Positions 27,636 through 39,336 are shown, counted from the stretch's first letter. The stretch: DNA of 64,000 bases from an uncultured Pseudomonadota bacterium (GCA_937138395.1 CAKZPB010000137.1:13355-77354), one strand, 5' to 3'. Notes: generated by a model not told the origin, from the letters alone. Made by a program: numbers and translations.

Positions 27636-28809
27636 CGGCAGGCGCCAGTCGGGGCAGGGTTGCACTCCAGAACGCGCTGTTCAATTCACTGATCGCCCGT
27701 GATTCCGCGTTCATCAACAGCACGATGCCAAGATCATGTGCATGAGAAAGCGCAATTTCGGCCCGGTATCCGGCGACCCAGCCACTATGCAGCGCGAGCG
27801 ACTCATTGCCGATGCGGTAGATACGCCAGCCAAGCGCATAATGCGCATCGGTCAGAGCGCCTCGCCAGCTCCGATGACGGAGCTCGTTTCGAGTCCGAAC
27901 TGCTGGACGTAGACTGGTTTGAATGGCTTCTGGTGAGATCACTTCCGGAAAATGGCCGAGCATGGCGTTGGCCCAGATCGCCATGTCGCGAATACTGGCG
28001 TTGATGCCGGCTGCCGAGCTGACTTGATAATAGCTGCTCCTTGGTCGGATTTCTCGCCAGCCTGAGCGGGTTTTGACGTGCGGCTCCGCACGATTACCGG
28101 CGCTGTTCAACGCCTCATAGCCGACCGAGGCATTGACCATCTGCAGCGGGTCGAAAATGCGCTGCTGCAGCAACTGCGGGTAGGGTACGGACGTGGATCG
28201 CTCGACGACATCTTCAACCAGGCTGAATACGCTGTTCTGATAGCTGTAGCAGGTGCCCGGCGGGCAGACCGGCGCCAAAGCTTCGAAATGGCCATAGATC
28301 TGCTGTCTCGGCATACCCGATTCGATCAGATTGTCATATGCATTGGGTACCAGTCCACTGCGCTGACCAAGTACATCTTCAATCGTCAAGTGGTCCGCAG
28401 CCGGTGAATTGAAGCGAAATGACGGTGCATAACGTTGGATCGGGTCCTGCAGATTGATCTGACCTTCAACGGCCAGCATCGCTGCCAATACTCCGGCAAA
28501 TCCCTTTGATACAGAGGCAATGCGAAACACCGTGTCCGGATTGATGCGAGCCGAGCGGCTCGAATCGATAAAGCCCCGGCCGGACAAATCGACGATTTCA
28601 CCCTGATGGACCACGGCCCAGGCAACGCCGGGAATGCGCGCTTCCGTCATCGTGTTCTCGAGTCGATCAGACCACTGCGCAGTGGTCTGTTCAACGGTAG
28701 CTTGTGCGGCTGCAACGGCAAGCAGCGGGGTTCCGGCTACCAGCAGAGCCATCACGAGGGCTGCGAGAATGAACAAACGGTTAGCGCGATTCAAAATCAT
28801 CGACCGCAT
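27604..28809 (-). CDS. Serine hydrolase, beta-lactamase / penicillin-binding-protein family
   Basis: Signal/TM segment, SxxK motif (ASVSKGF) and YxN-like motif (YSYQNS). Confidence 0.8.
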   Translation of the reverse strand: MRSMILNRANRLFILAALVMALLVAGTPLLAVAAAQATVEQTTAQWSDRLENTMTEARIPGVAWAVVHQGEIVDLSGRGFIDSSRSARINPDTVFRIASVSKGFAGVLAAMLAVEGQINLQDPIQRYAPSFRFNSPAADHLTIEDVLGQRSGLVPNAYDNLIESGMPRQQIYGHFEALAPVCPPGTCYSYQNSVFSLVEDVVERSTSVPYPQLLQQRIFDPLQMVNASVGYEALNSAGNRAEPHVKTRSGWREIRPRSSYYQVSSAAGINASIRDMAIWANAMLGHFPEVISPEAIQTSLRPAVRTRNELRHRSWRGALTDAHYALGWRIYRIGNESLALHSGWVAGYRAEIALSHAHDLGIVLLMNAESRAISELNSAFWSATLPRLAPAAIETAKMTSE

Positions 28810-28845
28810 TGTAGTTCGACGGTCGCGAGGACAGTGAACGCATGC

Positions 28846-29295
28846 TTAGCCATCGGTTGGATTCGGCTTTTTTCGCAGCTTCAACGTCTGGCTACGGCGC
28901 TTTTTCGTTTCGATGCGACGTTTTTTCTGAGCCTTGCTCGGCTGGGTCTTGCGGCGGGGTTTTGGCACTTGATGGGCTTGCCGAATCAGCTGCGCCAGCC
29001 GCGTTCTTGCATCCTGGCGATTTCGATACTGGCTTCGGTGTTCACTCGCCTGGATGGTGATGACGCCATCCTGATCAATGCGCTGACCGGCAAGCTTGAA
29101 TAACCGACTACGCACGGCAGGGGGCAGACTCGGACTGTTGACAGCATCGAAGCGCAGCTGAACGGCAGTTGCCGAACGATTGACGTGCTGTCCGCCAGCG
29201 CCGCTGCTGCGAATGAACCGCTCACTCAGCTCGGCTTCATCCGGCAGGTAAGCTGCCAGGCTGGTATTGGTCAATGAAACAGGTCGGCAATCCAT
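28846..29295 (-). CDS. arfB: Alternative ribosome-rescue factor ArfB (peptidyl-tRNA hydrolase, YaeJ)
   Basis: GGQ motif SGAGGQHVNRSATAVQLRF and a basic C-terminal tail KPRRKTQPSKAQKKRR. Confidence 0.9.
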   Translation of the reverse strand: MDCRPVSLTNTSLAAYLPDEAELSERFIRSSGAGGQHVNRSATAVQLRFDAVNSPSLPPAVRSRLFKLAGQRIDQDGVITIQASEHRSQYRNRQDARTRLAQLIRQAHQVPKPRRKTQPSKAQKKRRIETKKRRSQTLKLRKKPNPTDG

Positions 29296-29345
29296 GGGAC
29301 TTACAACGTCGAATTAGTATCTGGTTTCATGCGAAAATCCATTGC

Positions 29346-30278
29346 ATGCTAGGAACAATTGACTATGCGCTGCGCGTTGCATTTGGTGTGACCTTGCTTG
29401 CACTGAACACTATTGTGCACGTGCTACCGCTGCTTTTGGCTACTGTGCTGCGTCTGCTGATGCCGACCGCAAGGTCGCGCAACGTTGTGCGCGGCCTGCT
29501 GACATCCATTGCCGAGAGCTGGATCGGCTTCAATTCCTGGATGATCGACCGCCTGACGAATACCGACATCCGTATTCAGGGGGAATTGCCGGTGGATCCC
29601 AAGGGACAGTATCTGGTCATATGCAACCACCAAAGCTGGGCCGACATCCCGATCCTTCAGAAACTGTTCAACCGTCGTCTACCGCTGCTTCGGTTTTTTC
29701 TGAAAAGCCAACTGATCTGGGTTCCATTGCTGGGCCCGGCCTGGTGGGCACTGGATTTCCCGTTCATGAAGCGCTATTCACGAGAGCAGGTTGCCAGAAG
29801 GCCCGAGCTTGCAGGACGCGATATCGCCGAGACGCGCAAGGCCTGCGAAAAATTCAAAACTCTGCCGGTGGCGTTGATGAACTTCGTCGAGGGTACCCGC
29901 TGGACCAGACACAAGCATAAGCAACAAGGTTCTTCGTATCGTCATTTGCTCAAACCGCGCAGCGGGGGCGTGGCCTTTGTGCTCGAAACCATGGGCGATT
30001 CAATTGATCAGATCGTGGATGTCAGTATTGTCTATAGTCTGAGCCAACCCAGGCTCAGTGACTTGTTTGCCAACCGGGTCCGAACAATTCACGTTGCGCT
30101 GCGCACGCTGGACATCCCAGACCAGTTCAAAGGTCTTGATTATTCCGGCAATGCGGAGCAAAAACAGGCATTCCGAGAATGGATCAATCGCTTGTGGCAG
30201 CAGAAAGACGAGCAAATCGAGGCACTGCTCGAGCAGATTGAGTCAATAGAGCCCACTGCGGACAGCATCACCATCTGA
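29346..30278 (+). CDS. Lysophospholipid acyltransferase (PlsC/YihG-like)
   Basis: HX4D motif NHQSWADIPIL, plus FVEGTRW. Start taken at the internal Met (MLGTIDY) so that it does not overlap arfB. Confidence 0.8.
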   Translation: MLGTIDYALRVAFGVTLLALNTIVHVLPLLLATVLRLLMPTARSRNVVRGLLTSIAESWIGFNSWMIDRLTNTDIRIQGELPVDPKGQYLVICNHQSWADIPILQKLFNRRLPLLRFFLKSQLIWVPLLGPAWWALDFPFMKRYSREQVARRPELAGRDIAETRKACEKFKTLPVALMNFVEGTRWTRHKHKQQGSSYRHLLKPRSGGVAFVLETMGDSIDQIVDVSIVYSLSQPRLSDLFANRVRTIHVALRTLDIPDQFKGLDYSGNAEQKQAFREWINRLWQQKDEQIEALLEQIESIEPTADSITI

Positions 30279-30281
30279 CCG

Positions 30282-33038
30282 TTACGCTGCCGCTTGATTG
30301 CCACCGGCTGGATCAGTATCAGCCAGCTGGCGCAATACATAGTGCAGAATGCCGCCATGCTTGTAATAGTCCACTTCCTTGGGCGTATCCAGCCGCACAT
30401 TGACGGTAAACGTTGTCTCTTTGCCGTCGTCATTCCGTGCGATTACGGTTGCTGAGGTCGACGCTCCAATATCAAGATCCTGAATCGAAAAGGTCTCGAA
30501 ACCATTCAGGCCCAGCGACTTGCGGGACTCGCCTTCCACAAACGTCAGTGGCAACACGCCCATACCGACCAGATTCGATCGGTGAATTCGCTCATAGCTT
30601 TCGCATATAACCGCCTTGACGCCCAACAGCAGGGTGCCCTTGGCCGCCCAATCGCGCGACGAGCCTGAACCATATTCCTTGCCCGCCAGCACGATCAGTG
30701 GCGTACCGTCCTGTTGATATTTCATGGCTGCATCGTAGATTGGCATGACTTCACCGGATTCAACGTGTGTGGTCAATCCACCCTCGGTACCTTCAGCCAT
30801 TTCATTGCGAATGCGCACATTGGCGAAGGTGCCGCGCATCATGACCTGATGATTGCCTCGACGTGATCCGTAGGAATTGAAATCCACCGGCGATACACCC
30901 TGAGCCTGCAGGTACTGACCAGCAGGTGTGTTCGGTCCAATTGCTCCCGCGGGTGAAATATGATCGGTCGTTACCGAGTCACCCAGCATGGCAAGGCATC
31001 GTGCATTTTCGATATTGCCAGGTTTCGGCAATTCCAGTGTCATACCTTCAAAGTAGGGCGGATTCTGAATATAGGTCGAATCATCGGACCAGGCAAACAT
31101 CTCGCCAGTTGGCGTATCCATGCTTTTCCAGCGTTCATCACCTTCAAACACGCTGGCGTAGTTGCGCAAATATTTTTCACTGGACACGGTGCTGGTAATG
31201 AAATCCTGCAGCTCATGCGGATCCGGCCAGATATCCTTCAGGTAGACCGGATGGCCATCCTGATCTTCACCCAACGGATCATTGATCAGATCGACCTGCA
31301 TGTTGCCTGCGATGGCATAGGCTACGACCAGTGGGGGCGAAGCCAGATAGTTGGTGCGCACATCCGCATGGATACGGCCTTCAAAATTCCGGTTGCCGGA
31401 CAGCACCGATGCGACCACAAGATCCTTATCGCGCACGGCCTCGCCAATCGGCTTGGGTAGCGGGCCGGAATTGCCGATGCAGGTCGTACAACCATAGCCG
31501 ACGGTGTAAAAACCCAGGGCCTCGAGATCATCCAGTAGCTCCGCATCCTTCAAGTAGTCGGTCACGACCTTTGAGCCCGGCGCCAGTGACGTCTTGACCC
31601 ATGGTTTGACGGTCAGGCCTTTGGCGCGCGCGTTCCTGGCCAGCAGCCCGGCACCCAGCATGACGGCCGGATTGGAGGTGTTGGTACAAGAGGTAATGGC
31701 TGCAATGACCACGGCACCGTCCTGAAGGTAGAAATCCTCGTCCTTGTAGTTCACCTTGGCCACGCCGGGTGTCTCGACCGCACCGATTGCAGTGCCGCCG
31801 CCTTCATAGGCAAACTTGGATTCATCACCGGCACGCTTGGCCGTCATGGTTTTCAGCACTTCAGCAAATGCCGGCTTGGCATTGCTCAGTGGGATACGGT
31901 CCTGCGGGCGCTTGGGTCCTGCCAGCGAGGGTTCGACGTCTTGCATATCCAGCTCGACGATTGACGTGTAATCAGCGTGAGCTTGACCGTCTTCGCGCCA
32001 CAGCCCCTGGGCCTTTGCATACGCTTCAACCAGCGCCAGACGCTCTTCACTGCGACCGGACAGTTTCAGATAGCGGATGGTTTCCGCATCGATCGGAAAG
32101 ATTGCACAGGTCGAGCCGAACTCCGGCGACATATTGCCCAGTGTTGCGCGGTCGGCCAGCGGCAGGCTGCTCAGCCCGTCGCCGAAGAATTCGACAAACT
32201 TGCCGACCACACCGTGTTCACGCAGCATTTCTGTCACGGTCAGCACCAGATCGGTTGCGGTGGAGCCGGGTTTCAATTTTCCGTTCAGCTTGAAGCCGAC
32301 GACCTGTGGCAGCAGCATGGAAATCGGCTGACCGAGCATGGCGGCTTCGGCTTCGATCCCACCCACACCCCAGCCCAGAATGCCGAGGCCGTTGATCATC
32401 GTGGTGTGTGAATCAGTGCCTACCAAAGTGTCTGGCCAGGCCATCAACTCGCCATCGATTTCTTCGCCAAACACCACTCGACTCAGATGCTCGAGGTTGA
32501 CTTGATGAACGATGCCGGTATTGGGCGGTACGACCTTGAAATTATCGAACGCACCCTGGCCCCAGCGTAAAAACGCGTAGCGTTCCTTATTACGCTCGAA
32601 TTCGATTCGGTTATTCAGGTCGAGGGCATCGGCACTACCGTACTGATCGACCTGGACCGAATGATCAATCACCAGTTCAGCCGGTGACAACGGATTGATC
32701 TGATTTGGTGTGCCGCCGAGCTGCCGCATTGCATCACGCATGGCGGCCAGGTCAACAATCGCCGGTACACCAGTGAAATCCTGCAGCACAACGCGGGCCG
32801 GCGTAAATGCAATCTCTTCGCTGGGCTTGGACTGCGAATCCCAGTTCAGGATGGCCCGAATATCCTGCTCGGTAATGTTGACGCCGTCTTCATGTCGCAA
32901 GACGTTTTCCAGCAGGATCTTCAGAGAAAAGGGCAGGCGTGACAATGACTCGGACTGCTGCAGTTTGGTCAGGCTGTAGAAATGAAACGTCTTGCCGTCA
33001 ACGTCCAACTGGTCCAGACAATTCAACGCGTCGCGCAT
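30282..33038 (-). CDS. acnA: Aconitate hydratase A
   Basis: 918 aa. Motifs [26 protein letters not shown] and SGNRNFEGR. Confidence 0.96.
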   Translation of the reverse strand: MRDALNCLDQLDVDGKTFHFYSLTKLQQSESLSRLPFSLKILLENVLRHEDGVNITEQDIRAILNWDSQSKPSEEIAFTPARVVLQDFTGVPAIVDLAAMRDAMRQLGGTPNQINPLSPAELVIDHSVQVDQYGSADALDLNNRIEFERNKERYAFLRWGQGAFDNFKVVPPNTGIVHQVNLEHLSRVVFGEEIDGELMAWPDTLVGTDSHTTMINGLGILGWGVGGIEAEAAMLGQPISMLLPQVVGFKLNGKLKPGSTATDLVLTVTEMLREHGVVGKFVEFFGDGLSSLPLADRATLGNMSPEFGSTCAIFPIDAETIRYLKLSGRSEERLALVEAYAKAQGLWREDGQAHADYTSIVELDMQDVEPSLAGPKRPQDRIPLSNAKPAFAEVLKTMTAKRAGDESKFAYEGGGTAIGAVETPGVAKVNYKDEDFYLQDGAVVIAAITSCTNTSNPAVMLGAGLLARNARAKGLTVKPWVKTSLAPGSKVVTDYLKDAELLDDLEALGFYTVGYGCTTCIGNSGPLPKPIGEAVRDKDLVVASVLSGNRNFEGRIHADVRTNYLASPPLVVAYAIAGNMQVDLINDPLGEDQDGHPVYLKDIWPDPHELQDFITSTVSSEKYLRNYASVFEGDERWKSMDTPTGEMFAWSDDSTYIQNPPYFEGMTLELPKPGNIENARCLAMLGDSVTTDHISPAGAIGPNTPAGQYLQAQGVSPVDFNSYGSRRGNHQVMMRGTFANVRIRNEMAEGTEGGLTTHVESGEVMPIYDAAMKYQQDGTPLIVLAGKEYGSGSSRDWAAKGTLLLGVKAVICESYERIHRSNLVGMGVLPLTFVEGESRKSLGLNGFETFSIQDLDIGASTSATVIARNDDGKETTFTVNVRLDTPKEVDYYKHGGILHYVLRQLADTDPAGGNQAAA

Positions 33039-33200
33039 GATGATCTCCGTTCGTGGTGGTGTGATTCGACTGATCGTACAGTGTCCCTGAGCCTTTACAG
33101 CGGTCGGCTGCCCGTTCCGGGCGACTGCGTTAGACCAAGCCTTACCTTACCAACATCGAACGGCCAGCGGGAACAACTTGGCGAACCGATGCAGGTGAGA

Positions 33201-33815
33201 TCAAGTCAGCTCCTGAAGCGCCATGAACATTTTTCGACGCTGAAACAGCAGACGCCAGGGTCGGCCACCCAACTGGTACCAGAGATGGGCTGAGCGCAGA
33301 CCGGAAAGTAATAATGCTCGAATGGTGGCGACCTTTTCCTGTTGCTTCAGAATGGTTGGCTGGCCACCCACCTGGATTCGGAAGCCCATCGTTGAGATGC
33401 AGTTCCTGTAGATGTCAGCGAGCTGCGCAATGACGCTGTCGTCATAGGCCTGGGCCGCGCGTTGCCGAATGGGTTCCACCAACTTGAGCTCCTCGGACAG
33501 CGTTCGCTGTCGCTGGGGATCGCGGCGAAGATATTTGGCCAATCGCAGCAGTCCCGAGGCATATTGAAGGCTGACCATGGCCTGCTGGGAGTCAGCGCGG
33601 CTGATTTCAGCAGCAATGGTCAGGCCCAGTCTGAGCCCTTCGATACCCCCGTAGACATCAACGGTGCGATCCGGGCTTGTGACAAACAGGCTGTCAATGC
33701 TGGCGCGAGCGGCCTGTTGACTGCATTGGCCCGTGGTTGCGATCTGTCGAACCAGCTCGGCGGACTGGAGGATGCCGCAAAAAGCCATCGCCTGTTGTTT
33801 GATGCTGTGTCTCAT
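33201..33815 (-). CDS. hflD: High-frequency-of-lysogenization protein HflD (DUF489)
   Basis: AFCGILQSAELVRQIATTG... Located immediately downstream of mnmA, as in E. coli. Confidence 0.85.
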   Translation of the reverse strand: MRHSIKQQAMAFCGILQSAELVRQIATTGQCSQQAARASIDSLFVTSPDRTVDVYGGIEGLRLGLTIAAEISRADSQQAMVSLQYASGLLRLAKYLRRDPQRQRTLSEELKLVEPIRQRAAQAYDDSVIAQLADIYRNCISTMGFRIQVGGQPTILKQQEKVATIRALLLSGLRSAHLWYQLGGRPWRLLFQRRKMFMALQELT

Positions 33816-33891
33816 GAAGACCTATTGTAGAGGTGGCGTGCGGATCAAGTGCATTAAAACGCTTGACGAGCCATCGGGTTTCTGGGCGGTG

Positions 33892-34998
33892 TCAAAGCTG
33901 CGGTATGACGCGATCCGAATCATGAATAATGCCACCGCCCAGGCAGACATCGTTGTCGTACAACACAACCGACTGACCGGGCGTGACCGCCCGCTGGGGC
34001 TGCTTGAACCGGATCTCCATTCTGTCCTGCTGCTGATTCAGGTCAACCAGTTCGATGTCCTGATCGGATTGACGATAGCGGATCTTTGCTTTCAGCCGCG
34101 CGTTCGGCTCTGGCGGCAGGCCCGCGATCCAGGTCAGTTGCGACGCCGTCAATGCAGTTGAACACAGGTGTGGATCCTCTGCATCCTGGGTCACGAACAG
34201 ATGGTTGTTGTTCACGTCCTTGTGCACCGTATACCAGGGGGCCTCCGGGAAACCGCGAACACCGCCGATACCCAGACCCCGACGCTGACCCAGCGTGTAA
34301 TGAATCAAACCACGATGGCGACCAATACACCGACCGTCGGTCGTCACGATATCGCCTGGCTGGCCGGTCAGGTAGCGCTCGATGAAGGCATCATAATTGC
34401 GCTCACCGATAAAGCAGATGCCGGTGGAATCTTTCTTGGACGCCGTTGGCAAGCCAGCCTGACGGGCCATGGCGCGCAACTCAGTCTTGCGCAATTCCCC
34501 AATCGGAAACTCAGCCTGCTGCAGCTGCTCCTGAGTCAGCATGTAGAGAAAGTAACTCTGGTCCTTGTCAGGGTCGACACCTTTGAGCAAGCGCGCCTCG
34601 TTCGAGCAATCCTGCCGACGCGCATAGTGTCCGGTCGCCATTCGCTGAGCGCCCAGGTCGCGCGCATGTTCAAGAAAGACTTTGAATTTGATTTCGCGAT
34701 TACACAGCACGTCCGGGTTGGGTGTGCGGCCGGCTTTGAGCTCTGACAGGAACTCTTCAAACACCGACTCCCAGTACTCCATGGCAAAGTTTCGCGCGTG
34801 AAAAGGGATGCCCAGTTGCTCTGCCACGCTTCGTGCATCAGCCGCGTCCTGCTCGGCGCTGCAGGCACCGTCGACATCATCGTCTTCCCAGTTCTTCATG
34901 AACAATCCGGCAATGGGTCGGCCCGATTGCTGCATCAACCAGGCCGTGACGGAGGAATCCACACCCCCGGACATTGCAACCATGGTGAAATCGTTCAT
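33892..34998 (-). CDS. mnmA: tRNA 2-thiouridine(34) synthase MnmA
   Basis: PP-loop VAMSGGVDSSV, plus KDQSYFL and CLGGGII. Confidence 0.95.
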   Translation of the reverse strand: MNDFTMVAMSGGVDSSVTAWLMQQSGRPIAGLFMKNWEDDDVDGACSAEQDAADARSVAEQLGIPFHARNFAMEYWESVFEEFLSELKAGRTPNPDVLCNREIKFKVFLEHARDLGAQRMATGHYARRQDCSNEARLLKGVDPDKDQSYFLYMLTQEQLQQAEFPIGELRKTELRAMARQAGLPTASKKDSTGICFIGERNYDAFIERYLTGQPGDIVTTDGRCIGRHRGLIHYTLGQRRGLGIGGVRGFPEAPWYTVHKDVNNNHLFVTQDAEDPHLCSTALTASQLTWIAGLPPEPNARLKAKIRYRQSDQDIELVDLNQQQDRMEIRFKQPQRAVTPGQSVVLYDNDVCLGGGIIHDSDRVIPQL

Positions 34999-35044
34999 GA
35001 CTACCTAAATGGGGCAGGGTGCCGCCATTCGCAAGGCTGATTCT

Positions 35045-35974
35045 TCAAGCATCCTGGACCGGCTGGGCAAACGGGTCGGTAATCAGGTCCGGCGACATCA
35101 GATCGATAAAGCGGCGTGCCTGGGGAGTCAAGTAGGCCCCTTTGCGAACCACAACGCCATAGGTACGTTCCGGGAACCACTGGCTGACGTCATGTGCAAC
35201 CAGCAGCTTACGATCGGTCTCAGTCAGGCAAAAACTGGTCACGATGGACACGCCCAATCCACTGGCAACATACTTCTTGATGACCTCCCAGCCACCGACC
35301 TCCATCGTCACTCGAAACGGCAGACGATGTTTCTGAAAAACGCGGTCAATCAGCGTGTAGGTTGTCAACCGCTGAGGCGGAAGAATCAAGCCATAGGGGC
35401 TGATATCGGCCAGGCTGACCTGGCTGCGTCTAGCCAGCGGGTGATCGCGACTGGCAATCAGTACCGGTCGAAAGCTGTAGATCGGGCGATATCGAATGTC
35501 GTCCGGTACGTCGATCATGGAGCCGACCGCGAAGTCAACCTGATCGGAGCGCAGCATGCCCATACCGTCGGCACCGGTGACGTTATGCAGGTGCACATAA
35601 ATACCCGGATAGCGAGTTCGAAATCGCTGAATCAGGGAGGGCAGCAAATGCAGAATGGTCGACTCGCCGGCCGCAATGCGAATTTCGCCGGAATCGAGCC
35701 GGCCGAACACGCGGTCGAATTCATCGGGCAATGCATCGAGTTGATCAACCAGCGGTGCGGCCATATCCAATAGCGTTCTTCCGGCCGGCGTCAGATTCAG
35801 TCTAGGACCCTGGCGCTCGAACAAGCGGTGGTCCAATTCCTGCTCCAGCGATTTCACCTGCTGACTGATCGAGGGCTGCGATAGAAACAGACGATCGGCT
35901 GCGGCCGACACGCTACCCAAACGTGCCGTCTGAACAAATGCGCGTAAGTGTTTGAGAAGATTTCCTTTATACAT
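35045..35974 (-). CDS. LysR-family transcriptional regulator (divergent from aceBA)
   Basis: HTH LRAFVQTARLGSVSAAADRLFLSQPSISQQVKSLE and a LysR substrate-binding domain. Confidence 0.9.
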   Translation of the reverse strand: MYKGNLLKHLRAFVQTARLGSVSAAADRLFLSQPSISQQVKSLEQELDHRLFERQGPRLNLTPAGRTLLDMAAPLVDQLDALPDEFDRVFGRLDSGEIRIAAGESTILHLLPSLIQRFRTRYPGIYVHLHNVTGADGMGMLRSDQVDFAVGSMIDVPDDIRYRPIYSFRPVLIASRDHPLARRSQVSLADISPYGLILPPQRLTTYTLIDRVFQKHRLPFRVTMEVGGWEVIKKYVASGLGVSIVTSFCLTETDRKLLVAHDVSQWFPERTYGVVVRKGAYLTPQARRFIDLMSPDLITDPFAQPVQDA

Positions 35975-36033
35975 TGATCTTTATTGCCGCGATTGATCCG
36001 GGCGATTTCACGCCCCAGCCAGCCGATTATTAT

Positions 36034-36048
36034 ATTGGAAATTCCAAT
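36034..36048. promoter_or_regulatory. Perfect 15-bp palindrome, candidate LysR-type (T-N11-A) operator
   Basis: ATTGGAAATTCCAAT lies in the AT-rich LysR/aceB divergent intergenic region. Further inverted repeats occur at 36061-36082 and 36096-36121. Confidence 0.45.
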
Positions 36049-36178
36049 GATCAATATCTGAATATTTAATTTGTCAAATATTGGATTTCCCACTACGCTA
36101 CGCAGGTTTTCAATCGTAGCGAATCGTTGCCGCGCTTCAGCGCCAACCGCATAACCACCAGCAGAGACCAGTGATTGC

Positions 36179-37792
36179 ATGAATGAATCAACCGACGCAA
36201 GCAGCTCAGGGCAGGCTGTCGTTCGCTTGCTGAAACCGGCACCAGACGGAACACAGGATGTACTCAGTGCAGATGTGCTTGAAGTGTTGGCCAGGCTTGG
36301 CGCGCACTACCGTCGCCCCGTTGACGAACTGCTGGCTGCACGCAAAGCAACACAGGCCAGACTGGATGCAGGTGAAGTGCCTGATTTTCCAAAGGAAACG
36401 GCCGACATTCGCAGCGCTGACTGGACGGTAGCGCCTATCCCGAAGCAACTGATGGATCGACGGGTCGAAATTACAGGTCCAGTTGACCGCAAGATGATCA
36501 TCAACGCGCTCAACTCGGATGCGCTGGTGTTCATGGCCGATTGCGAGGATTCGAGCTCGCCCAGCTGGAGCAACATGATGCACGGCCAGCGCAACCTGGC
36601 TGATGCCGTCAATGGCACGATCGAATTGACCGCAACGAACGGCAAACATTATGCGCTGGAAGCAGATCCTGCCATATTGATGGTTCGTCCACGAGGCTGG
36701 CACCTGGATGAACAGCAAGTCGAGATCGATGGGCGGGCGATACCCGGCGGTATCTTCGATGCCGTTGTGTTTCTGGTCAATAACGCCCAGAAGCTGATTG
36801 ACAGCGGTCGAGGTCCGTATCTGTACCTGCCAAAGCTTGAAAATCGGCACGAAGCTGCACTGTGGGAGCAGGTGTTGTCCGACATCGAATCGTCCATTGG
36901 TCTGCCCACAGGCACGGTCAAGGTGACGGTGCTGATCGAAACCATCATGGCCGTATTCGAGATGGATGAAATCCTGTACGCCCTGCGCAATCGAATCGTG
37001 GGACTGAACTGTGGTCGTTGGGATTATATTTTCAGTTATATCAAGCGCTTCAAGAATCATCCTGACAAAGTGCTTCCAGATCGTGAGCAGGTCACAATGA
37101 CCGTTCCGTTTCTGAAGGCCTACGCCCAGCTTTTGATTCAGACCTGTCACCGGCGCGGTGCTTTTGCCATGGGCGGCATGGCCGCGCAAATCCCGATCAA
37201 GGGAGACGATGAAGCCAACCGGGCAGCGCTTGAAAAAGTACGTAACGACAAGAAGCGCGAAGCCAGCGAGGGCCATGACGGCACCTGGGTCGCGCACCCG
37301 GGCCTGATCCCGATCGCTCGTGAGATTTTTGATGAATACCTGCACGGACCCAATCAGCTGAACAAGGCACGCCGCGATGTTCAAGTCACTGCCAAGGACC
37401 TGCTTGAACCGGCCAAGGGCACGATTACCGAGGCTGGCGTCAGGGGCAATATCGAAGTCGCTATCCGCTACCTTGCAGCCTGGTTGGGTGGCCTGGGCTG
37501 TGTTCCGATCCATCATTTGATGGAGGATGCCGCAACCGCCGAAATCGCGCGAGCACAGCTCTGGCAGTGGATTCGTCACCCGGCCGGCGCCCTGGACGAT
37601 GGTCGCGATATCGATCTTGACCTGGTGCGTAACTGGCTGACCGAATGCCTTGAGAACATCAAACTGGAGATCGGTGAAGCCGAGTATGCCAACGGCCACT
37701 TTCAGCAGGCAGCCGATCTACTGGAACGAATTACTGCCGAAGACGAATTTATCGAATTTATCACTCTACCTGCCTATGAGCAGTTGGACTAG
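36179..37792 (+). CDS. aceB: Malate synthase A
   Basis: 537 aa, with GLNCGRWDYIFS, HDGTWVAHPG and MEDAATAEI motifs. Confidence 0.95.
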   Translation: MNESTDASSSGQAVVRLLKPAPDGTQDVLSADVLEVLARLGAHYRRPVDELLAARKATQARLDAGEVPDFPKETADIRSADWTVAPIPKQLMDRRVEITGPVDRKMIINALNSDALVFMADCEDSSSPSWSNMMHGQRNLADAVNGTIELTATNGKHYALEADPAILMVRPRGWHLDEQQVEIDGRAIPGGIFDAVVFLVNNAQKLIDSGRGPYLYLPKLENRHEAALWEQVLSDIESSIGLPTGTVKVTVLIETIMAVFEMDEILYALRNRIVGLNCGRWDYIFSYIKRFKNHPDKVLPDREQVTMTVPFLKAYAQLLIQTCHRRGAFAMGGMAAQIPIKGDDEANRAALEKVRNDKKREASEGHDGTWVAHPGLIPIAREIFDEYLHGPNQLNKARRDVQVTAKDLLEPAKGTITEAGVRGNIEVAIRYLAAWLGGLGCVPIHHLMEDAATAEIARAQLWQWIRHPAGALDDGRDIDLDLVRNWLTECLENIKLEIGEAEYANGHFQQAADLLERITAEDEFIEFITLPAYEQLD

Positions 37793-37813
37793 ACGAACCT
37801 GGAGAGCAGCACT

Positions 37814-39109
37814 ATGAACGAAGCCAACAACGTCAGCCAGATCATTCAGATGGAGCGTGAATGGACCGAAAGCCCGCGCTGGCAAGACGTCGAACGTACC
37901 TACGATGCCGCCGAGGTACTGCGTTTGCGTGGTTCGATCACGATCGAACACACGCTGGCCCGGCACGGCGCAGAAAAGCTCTGGACGATGATGCACGAGT
38001 TGCCGTACGTCAACGCCCTGGGCGCACTGACCGGAAACCAGGCCATGCAGCAGGTTCGTGCCGGCCTCAAGGCCATCTACCTGTCTGGTTGGCAGGTGGC
38101 CGCAGACGCCAACAATGCCGGCCAGATGTATCCCGATCAGTCGCTGTATCCGGTCAGCTCAGTGCCCGAGGTGGTGCGGCGCATCAACAACACGCTGCTG
38201 CGAGCCGATCAGATTCAGCATTCTGAGGAATCCGGTGACATTGACTGGTTCGCACCGATTGTGGCCGACGCCGAGGCCGGTTTTGGCGGCGTCCTGAACG
38301 CACATGAACTGATGAAAGACATGATTTCCGCAGGCGCTGCCGGCGTGCATTTTGAAGACCAGCTGGCGTCCGCCAAGAAGTGTGGTCACATGGGCGGTAA
38401 AGTGCTCGTGCCAACCTCCGAGGCAGTGCAAAAACTGGTTTCGGCTCGACTCGCAGCGGATATCAGCAATGTGCCAACCATTATCGTGGCTCGCACGGAC
38501 GCGATGGGTGCCAACCTGTTGACCTCTGACGTTGATGAGCGTGACCACGAGTTTACGACCGGCGAACGCACCGTCGAAGGCTTCTATCAAGTGCGCTCCG
38601 GCATAGAACAGGCGATTTCGCGCGGTCTTGCATACGCACCCTATGCCGACCTGGTCTGGTGTGAAACGTCCACGCCCAGCCTTGATCAGGCCAAGCAGTT
38701 TGCCGAAGCAATTCACGAAAAATATCCGAACAAGATGCTGGCCTACAACTGCTCGCCGTCGTTCAACTGGAAAAAGAATCTGTCTGAAAGCGATATTGCA
38801 CGGTTTCAGAACGAGCTTGGCGCCATGGGCTACAAATTCCAGTTCATCACGCTGGCCGGTTTCCACGCGCTGAATTTCAGCATGTTCAACCTGGCACGCG
38901 GCTACAAGGCGCGACAGATGGAAGCCTATGTCGAGCTGCAGGAGGCGGAATTTGCGGCTGAAGATGTCGGTTACACGGCGACTCGCCACCAGCGTGAAGT
39001 CGGTACCGGGTATTTTGATCAATTGACCCAGGCGATTTCCGGCAATCAGTCATCGCTCTCGGCTCTGTCCGGTTCGACCGAAGAAGAACAGTTCGAGAAA
39101 TCGGCCTGA
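37814..39109 (+). CDS. aceA: Isocitrate lyase
   Basis: [13 protein letters not shown] signature and 431 aa. Follows aceB after 21 nt. Confidence 0.96.
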   Translation: MNEANNVSQIIQMEREWTESPRWQDVERTYDAAEVLRLRGSITIEHTLARHGAEKLWTMMHELPYVNALGALTGNQAMQQVRAGLKAIYLSGWQVAADANNAGQMYPDQSLYPVSSVPEVVRRINNTLLRADQIQHSEESGDIDWFAPIVADAEAGFGGVLNAHELMKDMISAGAAGVHFEDQLASAKKCGHMGGKVLVPTSEAVQKLVSARLAADISNVPTIIVARTDAMGANLLTSDVDERDHEFTTGERTVEGFYQVRSGIEQAISRGLAYAPYADLVWCETSTPSLDQAKQFAEAIHEKYPNKMLAYNCSPSFNWKKNLSESDIARFQNELGAMGYKFQFITLAGFHALNFSMFNLARGYKARQMEAYVELQEAEFAAEDVGYTATRHQREVGTGYFDQLTQAISGNQSSLSALSGSTEEEQFEKSA

Positions 39110-39135
39110 TTCATAGGTTTCAAGCTTGATCGATC

Positions 39136-39159
39136 AACGGGCCTGCGGGCCCGTTTTTT
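39136..39159 (+). terminator. Intrinsic terminator of aceBA
   Basis: AACGGGCC-TGCG-GGCCCGTT (8-bp perfect stem) followed by TTTT. Confidence 0.75.
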
Positions 39160-39336
39160 GTTGCATTCAGCGTTCGGGCCGGGCGGTCATGGCGCACCGA
39201 AGCGGCGGAATCGACTTGTGACACCATGTATACAGCCCGTTAAGCGGTCAATTGATACATGCTGAAACGTGAACCGATCTGTGACTGGTATGCGATAGAA
39301 TTTAGCCAACATTACGAGTAAACGCTGTAATCCATC

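Noticed and set aside
35009-35773. 254-aa ORF on the plus strand
   Set aside because: Antisense to the LysR regulator, which has a clear HTH and effector domain.
36206-37699. 497-aa ORF on the minus strand
   Set aside because: Antisense to malate synthase (aceB) and has no recognisable motifs. It is a shadow ORF.
38159-39022. 287-aa ORF on the minus strand
   Set aside because: Antisense to isocitrate lyase (aceA). It is a shadow ORF.
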